NCBI GenBank assembly: GCA_016906335.1
Contig: JADEYG010000001.1
Coordinates: forward strand, 1,488,001-1,552,000
Length of the DNA stretch: 64,000 nucleotides
Origin: Novakomyces olei
Lineage: Eukaryota
Direction: 5' to 3'
The notes beneath the pieces were generated by a model. The model saw only the letters and a list, made by a program, of their open reading frames with translations, did no database searches and was not told the DNA's origin. Both the position numbers and the translations under genes were made by a program. Within the stretch, counting starts at the first letter, position 1. Every line of letters starts with the position of its first letter. Below are positions 1 to 14,326 of this stretch, piece by piece.

Positions 1-184
1 TATATTTATATTTATATTTATATTTATATTTATATTTATATTTATATTTATATTTATATTTATAATTTTTTGTTTATACCTGAACACTTTTAGATGTTTA
101 TATTATGCTAAATTCCACAAATATGCTACAAATGCACCATGCCAAATAGTACGCCTTGAAGTAATGCAATTCGAGTCACAATGC

Positions 185-889
185 TTAGGCAGAAGAAACT
201 TTCCTGCGTGGCACGGCAAACGAAAAGCAGCATGAGCAAACTGTTACAAAAAGGCAGTAGAACCAAGCAATGGCGAGTATACAGACTGCCGTCCATAAAA
301 GCCCGTAATCTTGACGGCCATCGACAGCACTAACGCCGCTTATTTGCGCCTTGTTGATTTTTGAGCGGACCGACTGGTAAACAAAAGTCATTGTTGCAGC
401 ACCAGAAAGCGTTGTAGCAGCACTGAGAAACGCGAAAAAATTAATAAAGCAATCAGTAAGCGAAAAGAAGCAAGACAAGACACTGAAGACAAAGCTGGCG
501 GCGCAGAGTCCGGCACCAGCGATAAGTAGGCCTACGCCAGCATTGATTGCCCGCAAATTCACTATACGCGATATAAAGTCTTGCGGAGTCCTGATGGCTT
601 GACTCAGAATATCCTTGGCTCCAGTGACTCTGAAAATGATATCCCCAATATTGGAGCCGATGGCGTTAGGACGCGGAGGAGTGCAGACCATATTCTTCTC
701 AGCTGCCGATCGGATGCAGTACCCCAGTATTCCAAACTGTGCTTGTCCACCGGGACCATTGATCTTTAAAAAGTAAGTATCGCGAATTGCTGTCACGCTT
801 GATTGAACACTGGAAGCCAGGCAAAGAGCTTGCAGAGCAAGAGCGGCAGCAAAAGCTAAAACTGGCACAACCAAGAAAAGGGCACGCAT
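185..889 (-). CDS. SUR7/PalI-family membrane protein
   Basis: 234-aa intronless ORF: N-terminal hydrophobic helix, loop motif 'FGILGYC...C', then three more TM helices. Confidence 0.7.
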   Translation of the reverse strand: MRALFLVVPVLAFAAALALQALCLASSVQSSVTAIRDTYFLKINGPGGQAQFGILGYCIRSAAEKNMVCTPPRPNAIGSNIGDIIFRVTGAKDILSQAIRTPQDFISRIVNLRAINAGVGLLIAGAGLCAASFVFSVLSCFFSLTDCFINFFAFLSAATTLSGAATMTFVYQSVRSKINKAQISGVSAVDGRQDYGLLWTAVCILAIAWFYCLFVTVCSCCFSFAVPRRKVSSA

Positions 890-2040
890 TGCACTTTTAT
901 GGGATTTGTAATATCAATATCGATCCCAAATTTGGCCTCTGATCAAGACTCGGGAATTCGACAACGGCCAAGCCGTCCCTTAAATATACGCGTTGAGCTA
1001 CTTCCCCAGAGTGGTTGGTCCTTCCCTTTTCATCGAGCGTATATACTATTTGGGAACGCAGACAGCCTCGGAGTTCCCATGCTTTCGGTAAATTAAATTA
1101 TTTTATTTCATGTACATTTTAACATGATGTAATTATATCTTGGGCACAAGATTGCTTGTAAGTAGATAGCAGTCCGCGGGCTTGAGATTATGAGATAACG
1201 CCCCAATCAATAACTAGGATATTGAGGTTATGGAGGTCGTCGAGGCAAAGGTAGGCAAAGGTATTTCCTGCGAATATATCGCCATTTTCACACAATGCTA
1301 AATATAGGAGTTCGTTCGATCCAAAGATTAATAAATCACGCAGTATCTTGGCTCATTAGCCGTTACCAAACTGGAACGTGGGGTTCACATAACCGTTATT
1401 CATAAAGCGATTACGATAAGTTCTCTTTAACAAAACGATTGAGGAAAGGCGTCTCGTATGGTCGTGTAGCTTTGGGCCTATCGCGCTTGACGCTACAGCC
1501 AAATTAATTCTAAATAGTAACAAAGTCCTGTTTGGAAGATTTCTGAAAGCATTGTCTTACGACCCTGAAAGCTCTATTCCAAGACTCGTTGTAAATCTGA
1601 ATTAATATTGATTTTTTTGCCAAATGTCATTTCGTGTCAATATTCTGACGGCCACTTTGATTCATCCTAAGATTAATTTAACTCGCTAAACATTAAAAAA
1701 TTGAAACATAATTGAAACAAAAGGCAGATTAATCAAGGACAATGGCCAAAAAGATAATGATTCTTTGTTATAAGGCAAAGATAGACACAGATTGCCCTCC
1801 ATCATCTCTATAATCTTGTGCGCAATCAAAAATTTAAGCATGAAAATTAGATGCCAAGTATAACCCTAATCCTAATAATAACTCTTTTCACCAAAAGAGT
1901 TTTTGCCATCTGAGTTAACTCGTCCTCCCTCTGTTATATCACAAAACTAGACGATATATTCATGTGACTTATTTACGTATAATAAACTTCTCATTCATAG
2001 AGGCGCGTTGCTGCCGTTTTAAAGAGCCCCATTTACGACT

Positions 2041-4852
2041 ATGCGGGCTTGGAACGATACGCGCGATCCACACGATCCTCATGATCCACGTTACCGTAAG
2101 TGAAATCGAATATTACAAGTGCTTTATCGACTAACTATGATGCAAGAAGCGCCAAGCGGTCTTCGCACACAACTGCCTTTGGCCACGCTTATTGGTGCGG
2201 GGGCCTTTTTAACCTTTTGTGTGCTACGCACCAAATGGCAGCGGCTGTATGGAGTCCGTGGCCGACTGAAACGTATTTAATCTGCAGTATTACAGACTTT
2301 TTTTTAACATTGACAAGGTGGCGAACTACCGCCGCTCTCACAGTCATTTTTCGGTTGGATCATTGAACTTTGGCGTATGCCTGATGCTACCCTGCTGGAG
2401 CATGCAGGCCTTGACGCCTTTGTCTTTCTGGAATTTTTCAAAATGGCAGTACGCTTTTGCGCAGTTGCTGCAGTTATTGGAGTCCTTATTCTTACACCCA
2501 TTAATAACCATTTCACGGGCACTGCTTGGGGTGGGATCAATACTACCCAGACCGAGTACGTGCATAATGAGGCGTACATTGATTTTGACCAAGTGCAAGA
2601 GCTCAGGTCGCACCGGTTTGCGGATGGGTTTTCGCGTTGGCTACCACGGGAGAAAGAACGGTATCTCTACGCCTACCTTGTATTCTTGTATGTATTTACG
2701 AGTCTTTTCGTATGGCAGCTTTTCCGTACTACTCATGATGTAGTGCGCATACGACAGGAATATCTGGCCAGCAATAATACAGTGACGGATCGCACAGTGC
2801 GGGTGTCTGCCATTCCAAGGCACTACCGTAACGAAGCCGCCTTGCGAGAGTTTTTTGATGGTATTCACCTTGGTAGTATTGTGGAAATTATGGTTTGTCG
2901 GGATTATATGCATTTAGACGAGCTTTTTCGCGAACGTAGTGAAATTCTTTCTAGTTTAGAACATGAATTGGCAAAGTACCATAAATGGGCGGCAATTGCC
3001 TCCTCTGACAATACGGATCTAGTTCAGCATTCGGAGCCGGCAGACGTACGTCGGAGGCCTACTATACGTGGAGGATTTCTGGGTCTTTTTGGACCCAAGC
3101 TCGATGCCATTGACTATTATACTGCAAAGCTTCATAATATTGATTTGTTCATTGAAGAGGCTCGCGAAGCTAATACAGCGCCATCTGGTATGGCTTTTGT
3201 TACATTTGACAGTGTGCAATCGGCGGTAGGTTATTGGACGGCAGTGATTTCTTTATCTATTGACATATTGAATCGAATATGGTGTTTTCAGTTTTGTTTT
3301 GTTTTGATCTTCATTTTAGTTTATGTTGTTCAGTTCATGTTCAAATTTACTAATGGCAAAGCAAATTGCATCTCAAGTGCTTTTACTGTCGGAGCCAGCA
3401 CAATTTAAAGTTCGACTGGCGCCGGCGCCTAATGATATTAACTGGGCTCACACGTACTTGAGCTCAAACCGACGAATTTTTCAAAGTTGGGCTATCACCT
3501 TCTTTAGTGGTGTTGTTACTTTTCTTTGGGCTGTGCCTATTAGCGTTATTGCGGCTGTTTTTAACCGTGATAATATTCGACGGCAAGCGCCTAAATTTGA
3601 TGATTGGCTGAACAAATTTCCCCTTTTTGGTGATTTGTTTCAGGGCTTTTTACCCACGTTGATATATACGATCTTCATAAGTTTAACGCCTTTTATTTTT
3701 GATAGTAAGATTCTTCCATTTGGCAAGTTTATTAAGACTTATTTAGGCTTGACCGTTTTGCAAGGTTGCATTTCTCGAGGCGATGAAGAACTTCATTCTA
3801 CTAGTAAAAATTATTTTTTTAATTCAGTGAATTATTTTCTTGTATTTGTCGTCGCCGACACACTTAGCGCAATTCAAAGCATTGCCAAGGACACAACACA
3901 AATTCCGTATCTTTTAGCAAAGGTACTCCGTTCACAGTCTCAGTTTTACGTGGATCTCATCGTGTTGCAAGGTTAGTGGACAAACCAGTTTTGCTTTGTT
4001 TTGGCTAATCCAATTATTTTTAGGAATCGGAATGTTTCCCTTTCGGCTGCTCGAGTTTGGGACAGTTCTGTTTTACCCAATGTCGCTCTTAAAAGCGCGC
4101 ACACCTCGCGAGAAAAGGGATTTAATGAAGCCGCCGATTTTTAATTTTTCCTTTTTCTTACCTCAACCTCTCTTAATATACAGCATCTGTTTATTTTACA
4201 GTATAGTCTCGCCTTTAATTCTTGTCTTTGGCCTGGCGTACTTTGCAGTTGGCTTTGTTGTCTACAAATATCAGCTGCTTTATGGTGAGTGATATCGTTT
4301 TCTCGGCTTGATAAGCTTATTAGAATTTTCTTTTATATGTTCATTTCATGTGCTCTTCTATGCGTTTGAAATAGTTTTATTGAAAATTTCCTTTCAGCAT
4401 TTATCTGATCATAATACTTGATTAAGCTGTTGAACATAAGTGACTTTAATAGTTACAACACTACTAACGAAACAGCACTGGAGCATCCGTTTCATTCGAC
4501 GGGACGTGTTTGGACTCTAATTTACAATCGCGTCATATTAGGCATTGTCATCTTTCACGTGGCAATGGCTGGCCTATTTCTCGCACGGCATGCTTTGGCC
4601 TTGGCTGTCATGATTGTTCCCTTGACAGTGTGGCTTCTTATTGAAAGCCGAAAAGTGAACAAAAAGGCCTACTTTAAGTACCTTTCACTTGTAGATATAA
4701 ACAGCCGTGAAAGACGCCCGTCCTCTGAGTCGGTTCAAGTTGAGCGTGAACGTGGTGCAGAGTATGTACATCCTCATTTAAAGCAAGCACTTGAAGGGCC
4801 ATTGGGGTTTGATAATGATTCAAGTGCTGATAATGAGCCTACTATCGCTTAA
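2041..4852 (+). CDS. CSC1/OSCA (DUF221, Phm7/Rsn1-like) calcium-permeable channel, 7 exons
   Basis: Motifs 'GLDAFVFL', 'KLDAIDYY', 'AFVTF', 'APAPNDINW', 'YKYQLLY'. Introns at about 2096-2146, 2273-2317, 3226-3361, 3705-3747, 3972-4023 and 4285-4476 join the ORF fragments in frame. Confidence 0.88.
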
Positions 4853-5069
4853 CAAATGATTGGACACGTATCCGTCGTATTTGGTCCAGGCCGTTTGCCG
4901 CACTGTCCTGTTTATTCGCATATTTTACAATGTCTATAGTTGCATGCGGAACTTGAGCAAGATCTATCTGATGCAAAGAGCAAATACCCATAGAATGGCT
5001 TCGTTGTGGCCATTTTTACAGTAATTATAATTCTGAATACTATCATCTTTGACGCCATTACAATGAGTC

Positions 5070-8068
5070 ATGCAAAAGATTAATGATTTCATTAGTAATT
5101 TTAGCATACCATTCACGGAATTAGAAGGCATACAAATCAGGAATGCTTCAGATCGCAGAACCTTTATATTTTCAACTAGTAGCTTTGTGGAATTTAAATC
5201 AAGTTTGTATTATCGTAGGCTCGATGAAGCAATCGTACTAATGAAGATGAAGACAAATATATAGTGCATTTTTTATCTTCCATCTTGCGTGGGATACACA
5301 TAACACTGGTTACTTGGAAGCTTGATAGCTATGTTTCACTATACCAAATCTCATTTTTCACTGCTATTTATCATTTATTTTTTCATTACTATTTATTCAA
5401 TATCATTTATTAATATTATTTAATGTTTAGTCTGCCTATAAAATGCACGTCATTGAAAGCAGCATACATGCATTGCACCATGACATCTACACAGGATCTA
5501 AATGTCGCCAAAAGCATTGTAGCTGCCGCCGAAACAATTTCAGACCGCCTTCTTCAATCTAATGAAGCAAGCGCTGATGCGGTGAAGTATACCTTTAAAC
5601 TTTACAAACTTATTAAAGCGCATTGCGAATAGCTTTACGAAAAGTCAGTTATACAGGATCAATACTGCGTCGCGTGAACTCTTGAGCCCCCAACTTGTGC
5701 GTCTGTCTCTGCTTTTGAAAATTGCTACTTGTTTGAATTCGCTCGCCGCTATACATTAGTTGTGCTTACGCTCTTGCTAGAAGTGTTGGAATTCTACACA
5801 GATTTGTCATAACCTGGCTTGCAGTTTCAAGGGACATGTATCAATCGAGTCCATTTCTGGTTTGCCTATGGAGGTCGTACGGTACTTGCTACTGCTCTAC
5901 TTTCATTGCAGCTCAGCACATTATCTCTTTCAGATTTGTTATGTATGCTGCATTGCTCCTAAAAAACAATTTCCTTATTAACTGCCGTTTACAGGCTTGG
6001 CTGGCTTTGCACGTGAAGAACAACGAGATCAAGAAGCAAATATTTGCATTAATATGTGCTCCGGCTTGCGCACTGTTGAAAACTGAGAATCTTGCTCCAG
6101 TGGCGTTTGTGCGTAATGTATCCTGCACTTGAGATGTTTGACTGGACGCGTTAATTTTATAGATTATTGTATTGCTTTCAGGTTTTGTTGTCGAGTGCCC
6201 GGAAAACAAGATGACTTTAATGAAGTTGCTTAAAGGGCCGGCGTATGGGTATAACTTCTATCCTGAATATTCGTTATTTGAATTCTGATCTTTAATGCTA
6301 CAGCGAGCTTTTGAAGTCTCTTCTTATTGACAATCGGAGTATCTTGCTGAATTGCGAAGCTGCCTTTCTGCTATCTAGTCTTTCGTCTGGTCACAAAAAT
6401 ATGGGATTTTCTGCACAGACGGTAAAAACTTTTGCAGGCATTAATGCTGAAAACAGCTTTGTCTACCTATTGAGGAGTGGAACCAAAGCAGAATCTCGGC
6501 TAGCGATGTTTCCATTTATCCAAAAACTACATACAGTTCTCAACAACAAAAATTTTTCTTTTCATTCTATCGATTTTGAAGCCTGCGCCTTCAGCACAGT
6601 CCCAACGGCTGACAAAAGTGAATCTTACGGACCGGGAAGTCTGTTTGTTTGCAATTGCTTTGTCATTGTGCTTTTTACAAACAATGCGAGTGACAATGCC
6701 GACATTCAAATTCCAATGTCTCAAATATACGATGTGAAATACAATAAATCCAAAGCCGAACTAAGTGTTCGCGGAATACCTTCACTATTGGATATTCGCA
6801 TCAAAATCAATGGTATACATCTGACGGGAATTAAAAAGGAGCATTTACAAGCATTCAAGAATCTGCAAAGCCATCTGGACGATCATAAACCCAAATCTAG
6901 CGTTTGCGATCACATATCACTTCAAAGCGATAGCCCGGGCAGCAAAAACTTTCGAAAAGAGAGGCTTGAAACCATCGTTTCCTTGTTCAATAGGAACGAA
7001 GAAGGACTCGATCAGAGCAAGAATTCTAATATTGGCACCCGACTTGATCGTGCTTCACCTATTTCATCACTCTTAGGACCTAACTCAGATAACGAATCCC
7101 AATCCGAGGTAAAGTCAAACGCAGTTCGTAATCTTATCAAAGAGTTTGCTGTCAAAGGTAAAAGCAGGACAGAATCGCAATTGAAGCATGAGCGCTCTAA
7201 TCAAAGAGCTTGCGCGACAGAAAACGGATTACCAGCAGACTCAATCGGTCTAGATAACGTATTGTCGCAGACTCCAAAGCGCCTGTATTCCAGCTTGCTG
7301 GATATTGAAAAAGCTACAAAGCCCTCAAACTGGAAAAGCCCGACATCAAGAAGTAGACTAGGTAATAGTCGCAAGATGTCTGCAGCGCAAATGATAGAGG
7401 AACAAGGTGAATCAAGGCGATCGAAAAGATTGAAATGCGACAGTGTGCTGGCAAAATCTGCTGACTTTTGGCGTGCACAAGGCAATCTAAAGTCCAATAC
7501 ATCAGAGATAGCTGGCCAATTTGCTTCATACACTGGTCTGCTAAGCCCTCTGAACACAAAGTCAACTGTGCAAAATCAGATTTGGAGCCCAGATTTCTCA
7601 GATTTCTTGTCAGATGCGTCAATGGGTATTGAAGATGGTATCGACTGCCAGAACGCAAGTTCTGCAGAGAGAAAGCAAGATACTACAACAAAAGAATCTC
7701 GTAATCTGCCATATTCAGACAGTATTTTGCCACCTGACGATACATCGGAGAACGAAAAGATTTTTAACATCAAGAATAAAATACAAGCGCAGACACTGGT
7801 AGATTCATCAAACCAATGGAAAAAGGCAAGCCAATCAGAGATCAGTCGAATGGAACAAGTCTTTGCTAACTGCCCCTGCCCGATTGTGAGATCATCAGTC
7901 ATTGATCTCTTAAAGACGGCAACAGCACATCTCAATAAGATCGAACAGGCTGTGTCGGCTGCACAAGCGGATGTGTCCGTCAAAGAAGCAGAAATACTCG
8001 ACGCTTTACAAAACTACCCGAAATCCCTTTTACGAGAGCCCCAGACAATATTTTTGTCTCGCGTTTAA
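5070..8068 (+). CDS. Multi-exon hypothetical protein, possibly Rec10/Red1/SYCP2-like meiotic axis protein
   Basis: 585-aa terminal exon (6311-8068) preceded by several short helical exons with degenerate introns. Layout: helical N-terminus, beta-rich segment, long S/K-rich disordered region, C-terminal coiled coil. The 5' exon structure and family are uncertain. Confidence 0.45.
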
Positions 8069-8097
8069 TATTTGAAATTAGTAGCAAGCAAATCAGA

Positions 8098-9134
8098 TCA
8101 TGTCCCAATTTCAAGCGACGACGTAGTTGCAGAGAGTTGCTCAAGGAAACGAGCAACATCATACCAGTCTTCCGCTTTATAAAGAACCCTTGGCGATGTT
8201 GCTTTGCAATCGCTATTTCCAACAGCTCCAGCCGGGACAGTGCCCAACGTCTTTAACGCAATGTTAAACTGATGGCATATTGCTTTCAATCCCGCATTGT
8301 TTCCCATCACAATCCCCAAATTAGCGCTAGCTGGAAATGAGCATAAGACCCGAATGTATCGTCAAGGAATATCTTACCCATGGAAAGCAAATCCTATTGT
8401 AAGCTAATTGTAAATCAAATGTAAAGAAAGATGAAAAAGATATAAAAACACATAAAAAATAATAAAATGATAGACTTACAGAACTAGAATCGCCAATAAA
8501 AGCATACGCGTCGCCTGAAGACGGCGATGTTTCAAGCCACAACTTACGTACAACGCCCAATTTGTCACACGGCGTCACCAACGTCTCATCTGTCACGTGC
8601 CCGAACTTACTGAGCCATTCATTAGCGTGTACGTCGATCGAGCAGGGCCCAAGGTGAAGAGCGAGAGCAGTGCATATAAGAGCCCGTGACCAATTGACGC
8701 TGACAAGGCTAACGTCGATGCTTTGCCGCCGACATGCATTGTAAAAATCCATAAATCCGGGTCTGATTTGGACACTGCGCGCGGCCGAGTCAAGATCTGC
8801 TTGTTCAATATTGCAGAGAAGCCCCGACCCAACGACGCGGTCAACACTCGCCATCTCCACCGCCCTCATTTCCTTCCAGTATTCACATTGCCGGGCCCAT
8901 GAGCATCGAGGCCCAAACTTGCTTGACCAGGCCGTATAATCGTCGAGGTACGCTTGCTCAAAGTGCGTCCAAGGCGGGATTGTACCGTTGCTCCTCTTGT
9001 AGCCCAAGGAACATAGTAGAGCGATTGTATCTGCCTAGTGTAAGATTTCTACGCCTGTTAAAAAGATGCTTAATATACACACCTGAGCGCGTTACTGTCT
9101 CGTCCCAATCGATAAAGACGCGTCTCAGCCGCAT
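8098..9134 (-). CDS. HAD-superfamily phosphatase (Cto1/UPF0655-like), 4 exons
   Basis: Starts MRLRRVFIDWDETVT (HAD motif I). Contains 'IRPGF', 'SVNWS', 'DK', and motif IV 'IGDSSSD' completed by the 16-nt exon 8378-8393. Confidence 0.85.
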
Positions 9135-9736
9135 AACCAGGCTTTTGTCAGCAGCTACTTTTCTTTAGCTACTTTTCTTTATTGTTTAACTATTGTTGTT
9201 GTTGTATTATTGTTCTAACGTTATTTTCACTGATAAAACACTCCAGTTTATTTAATTGTCTTGTGGGATGCCATATGTGGATTGGCGTCTGCCCGTCAGA
9301 GTACATTAGAAACAACGATTTTATCTTTATAATTTCATACCGTCCACGAGCTGGCTGAATTCAGTTTGTCGTCAATGCTCTACCCCTGAATGCCTTGATG
9401 TATATTTGTTTTTTTCCTAATCATTATACAAGCTTGCCGTCGAGTAGCTACGTCATATTAAACAGTGTGGACGCTATCTTCACTTATGCCACCGGATTCA
9501 TTTTGCCCACACTCGATATTGACTATATTATCAATTATCCAATTAATTAATTAATTCGTTGATTAATTTCCTGCCTCAATAACAGGCTATCGCCCCTAAT
9601 CAGCCTTCAAAAAGGGAGTATATTAGCCGAGTAATATTAAATAATAAATAAATAATAAACCTGAAAAGTGGGAGGATAAGTTTGATCCCAAGAGCGCATC
9701 GGCAATCGGCAAGAGCACTAATGTATCGTATGCGCA

Positions 9737-11624
9737 ATGAAGGATCACGAAAACGCAAATGCTTCAGTCACGGATCCTTCAATCACGGACCCGACAAGTG
9801 CTCCGGCGAGTACTGAAGAGATCAGTACAGTTTACCCCACTGATCGTTTGAGCCGCGGCAATACGAATAAAAACAGTATAAACTCGCACAGCAGTACCAC
9901 GAGGGAGCAGAAGCAAGTGGAGCCGCCTGAACCCTCCACCACAGAGTCCCAAACTGCACCTTCTAAAATTGAGCAGCAGAATGTGGAGCGTGAAACCGAG
10001 CCGTACACGCTTTTTCCCGTCTGGACACGGAGAGTCCTGCTCGCTTTTGTTTCATGGGGCGGGCTTTTCTCCACAATGTCGGGTAACATTTACTTCCCCG
10101 CTATCCCCGCGATCCACACCGATCTCAATGTCTCTGTTCGCCTGGTCAATTTGACGGTAACAACGTATATGATTTTCCAAGGCTTGTCGCCCACTGTATG
10201 GGCAAGTTTGACAGAATCCCTGGGCCGTCGGCCCGTTTACCTGCTGACTTTTGTCGTTTACATTGGTGCAAATATCGGACTCGCTCTAACACAGAATTAT
10301 ACTCAGCTGATTGTGCTCAGGTGCTTGCAGAGCACCGGCTCTGCCAGCACTATTGCCATCGGTGCTGGAGTACTCAGCGATATTACTACTCGCCGTGAGC
10401 GAGGTGGCATGTTTGGCCTTTACAATGCGGGCCTTTTGCTTGGCGGCAACGCTATTGGGCCTATCTTAGGTGGACTGCTGTCTGGCACTCAAGGCTGGCG
10501 TTCTATATTCTGGTTTTTACTTGCTTTTTCTTCTGCCTTTTGGTGCGTCTGCTTTGCTTTTTTCCCCGAGACCCTAAGGAGCCTGGTGGGTAATGGATCA
10601 AGGCCTATTGGAGGCTGGAACAGGCCACTATTTCGTACTCTACTACCTCCAAGACAGCGCCGTCAGAGTAATGACGAGAACGGAACCAAACTTTCCCGGA
10701 GCAAATCTGCTCCTGTTGCCAGACCGCGGATAGACTTGACAGGTATGCTGAGGCTATTCGCTCAGCCAGATGTGTTGCTTGCACTTGTCTTTATGTCGGC
10801 TCATTACGCGTTTTGGCAGATGGCAGTAGTAGCAATGTCGACACTATTTCGCCAGCGTTACGGGCTCTCCGAGATCGCTGTGGGACTCACCTACATTGCC
10901 AATGGAGTAGGGTGCTTGACTGGTTCGCTCATTAATGGTAAAATGCTGGATTACGAGTACCGACGGCAAATGGTCTTGTTCAAGCGAGCGCAAAGAGAAA
11001 GAGTACAGGGCCAGCGCAATGGAGCGATGAGTATAGCTTCGGAGTCTACTGGAGATGTTGGTGATTTCCCCCTTGAATTAGTGCGGTGGCGGTCTACTGT
11101 GCTCTGGGCTCTGATGGACGTTGCCAGCCTGGCAGTATTTGGCTGGTCCGTAGACAAGCACTGGAATATTTCCGTGCCTATAATCTGTTCGTTTTTCCGT
11201 ATGCTCTCCCCTTAAGGTGCACTGTTGCTTTTACTGAACTTGGTTTATTTGTTGTTATTGTTTTGCTCTTTTTTTTTTTTTTTTTATAATTTTTAATGAC
11301 CTAAATTTAATTACATTTATTCGTTTATTCTGATATTCTAACACAATAGTGGGCTGTGGCGCTACTGCAATAATGGGAAGTACAAATACGATACTCGTCG
11401 ATCTGTTCCCCAAGATGGGTGCTTCAGCTACGGCTGCCATGAATCTTACACGGTGTCTACTCGGCGCGGTTGGAACAGCACTTATCGAAATAATTATGAA
11501 CGCTATTACGCCAGGTTGGACGTTTACTTTATGGGCTGCATTAGCCCTCGTAATGCTTCCGCTGCCGCTTTTGTGTATCCGGTATGGTGGACGTTACCGT
11601 AAATCGCGGGCAATGCACTGGTAA
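9737..11624 (+). CDS. MFS drug:H+ antiporter (DHA1/Qdr-like)
   Basis: 'IYFPAIP', 'GRRPVY', 'LRCLQS', 'GPILGG', 'FPETLR'. One intron 11199-11349. Confidence 0.9.
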
Positions 11625-12405
11625 CGTTCGTGGTGTATTTGCTATTTAAACGCGGCCTCCAGTTTGTGTATATATGATGATGTATAGCATTTTAAATAGG
11701 ATTTGTATGATATTAAACGGATCGTTTTATTTATTTATTATTATTATTATTTGTTTTTTTTGGTGCACGAGAAACCTGTGCAATCCGGCTTAAGCGCTTA
11801 GTTTGACACTACCGATTTTCATTGTCAGTCTGCCGCCTTTGTCCACGCAACAATACATATATAATAATCCCACCCGTTCTATTGAGAGGGCAGAGATAAA
11901 CGTAATTTATCACGTCCAAGATCCTAATCGATTCAAGCCTTTTACGTATACGTAATACTAATATAGCGTCATTCCTTTTGGGCAGCACAAAACTTCTCTG
12001 TGCTGCACAGAGATAATCTGAGACTGGCCAATCATTGTGCGCATCTGATTGGCTCGTCGCCGCACACGCGTGTCTCATTCTTCATTCTAAAGAAAACCCT
12101 GACACACGCCCGGCAGTATGCCAGATAGCTGATTCATATTATAATTGGCTCTTAAATTCAAACGTAGTAATACGCACATACGATTCCCCATAGTCTGGAA
12201 GGCGTTCAATCCACGATCGAACGAGGGCTTGCTACCGATTACTGACGCATATCCGCCTGGTTGAGCACTCTCTTTGGATAGTGAGTGACGGTATTTGGCC
12301 CTCAGACTCGAAAAAAGTTGAAAAGGAGAGTGTGGTACTGTTTGCCTTTGGATTTGTTTGCTGCGAATTGCCGTCCTGTCCTTACACGCCTGCACGTCCA
12401 CGCAA

Positions 12406-14033
12406 ATGGGTTCAAGAAGACGATCACATCTGATCCACAAGATCTTTCGAACGGATCGGAAGCAGTCTGATGAACATAAAAGCTCGTCCACGTCACCGCC
12501 ACTGGCGGGAAATATCGGGACGGTTGCTTCTGCGCCGGCTTCAACGGGTGCTGGAAGAATTGAGTCAGTTAAAGGGGATTGGCACCAGCCCGTGTTCGAG
12601 CTGGGGCCGTCTAGTGCTGCCGCCGATGCTGACACGGAGAGTACCAACAGCACTATTGTCGGGAGCCACAGTGCCTCGTCTCGGCTCGAGACGGCACAGG
12701 AACATGTACCGGATAAAACTCTCATTACGGATATGGAGCTGCTGGCACCCGTCCCAGAGAAGCCGCCTACTGTGCCAACAAAGACTGGTCCTTCTCCCGT
12801 GGCGTCTTCAGCACCGTCTACGTCCAAAGTCTCTGAATTCGATACCCTTTCGAAGAGTGGATCTGCTGTATCAGAAAAGTCGAAATCGTCCTCTTTCTTT
12901 GGCTCTATCATGAAGTTTCGGGTATGTTGTGTCTCAATTGTGCTTTTTCTAGTATTTTGCCTCCCTGCTATCTCCAATTTGTTGAAATTTTTGGGTTTAC
13001 GTATTGCCTCGTGTTGAAGATCATACTAATATATTTACAGCCGTCTTCGCAAAAAGTTGTACTTGAATGTAGGATTGCTCCCATTTCACTGTTTCTTAAT
13101 TTACTAACTCATCGAGACTATGATGTTTGCTTGCGACAACGGGACGTTGTAAATTTTCGTGCCCCTAATTGGTATGCCACTGGTGTTTTAAACGTTCCGC
13201 TAACGACCAAAATTAGGCTGATGGACACGAACATTGAGTTTTATTTCGAGTATTTAGAACGGGAATACATTGCACAAGATCTTCCTGTAATACTGCTTAG
13301 GCCGTCATTGACGTTTCTTTTGGCTTTCACGCCCGACACCAAAACCCTGCTTGAAGCGATGCCTCCGAAACTTTCATCATCGCATTTCATATTTCTACCT
13401 GTTAACGACAACCTTGACGTGGAGGCTCGTGAAGGCGGAAGCCATTGGAGTCTTATGGTGGTCGATACGCGCCGTTCTATCGGTCGATACTATGACAGTC
13501 TGTCGAACGGAAACGCAAATGATGCTAAAGCTGCTGTAAAAAATTTATCTAAAGTCTTGGACAAGGATATCAAGATTGAGATAATGCCTACGCCACAGCA
13601 GGAGAATGGCCAGGATTGTGGTGTTCACGTATGCATGGAGACGAGGTCGCTGCTCAGAAGAATACACGATCTGTATGCCACACCAAATGATAAACAGGAT
13701 GCAGTTGCAAAGCCTCCAAATGCTCCTAGCTCTACGGTGGATGATGTAGAGCCTGCGCAAGAACTGGAGGATGGAAGCACTACTTCCTCAAAGGCCCCAG
13801 AGAAAGAAGCTTCTGTGCCCGGTGAAGAGCGGAGTTTCGACGCAGAAAACTCGGCTTTTGATATACACAAAGAACGCATGGATGCTGAAAAATGGCGGAT
13901 TGAAATTGACCGTTTCATACATCGTCTGATAAAGGAGCGCGGCCGAAAGATTGGCGGGGCCACGGATATTGCCATTACTACCACATCTTCTCATTCGTCG
14001 AGTAGTACGACAGACGCTGACGCTAAAGAGTGA
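12406..14033 (+). CDS. NEDD8-specific protease (SENP8/DEN1/Nep1-like, Ulp1 peptidase C48)
   Basis: 'FLPVND', 'GGSHWSL', 'YYDSL', 'QQENGQDCG' give the His/Asp/Gln/Cys catalytic residues. Introns 12922-13040, 13069-13116 and about 13172-13216. Long disordered N-terminal extension. Confidence 0.85.
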
Positions 14034-14326
14034 TGTGGGGGGATAATTGTATTACGATTACACATATTTAGGGGCGGAAGGTGAAGAAAAGTGCATTTTT
14101 CTTTATTGCATGTTGTCAAGGTTGCAAATGTTTATTTTACAGGGTTGGAATGTTTTGTGTATGGGTGAAGGATGTACCTAGAATTGGTCATGTACACTAA
14201 AAGAAATTTGTATTTTTTTTCATAAAATAAATTAAACATAATGTTTCATTGCGCTTTTTATAATGATTATCATTCATCATGCATCGCCAAAACGTAATTA
14301 TCAACGCAACAAGTACAAGACCGATG

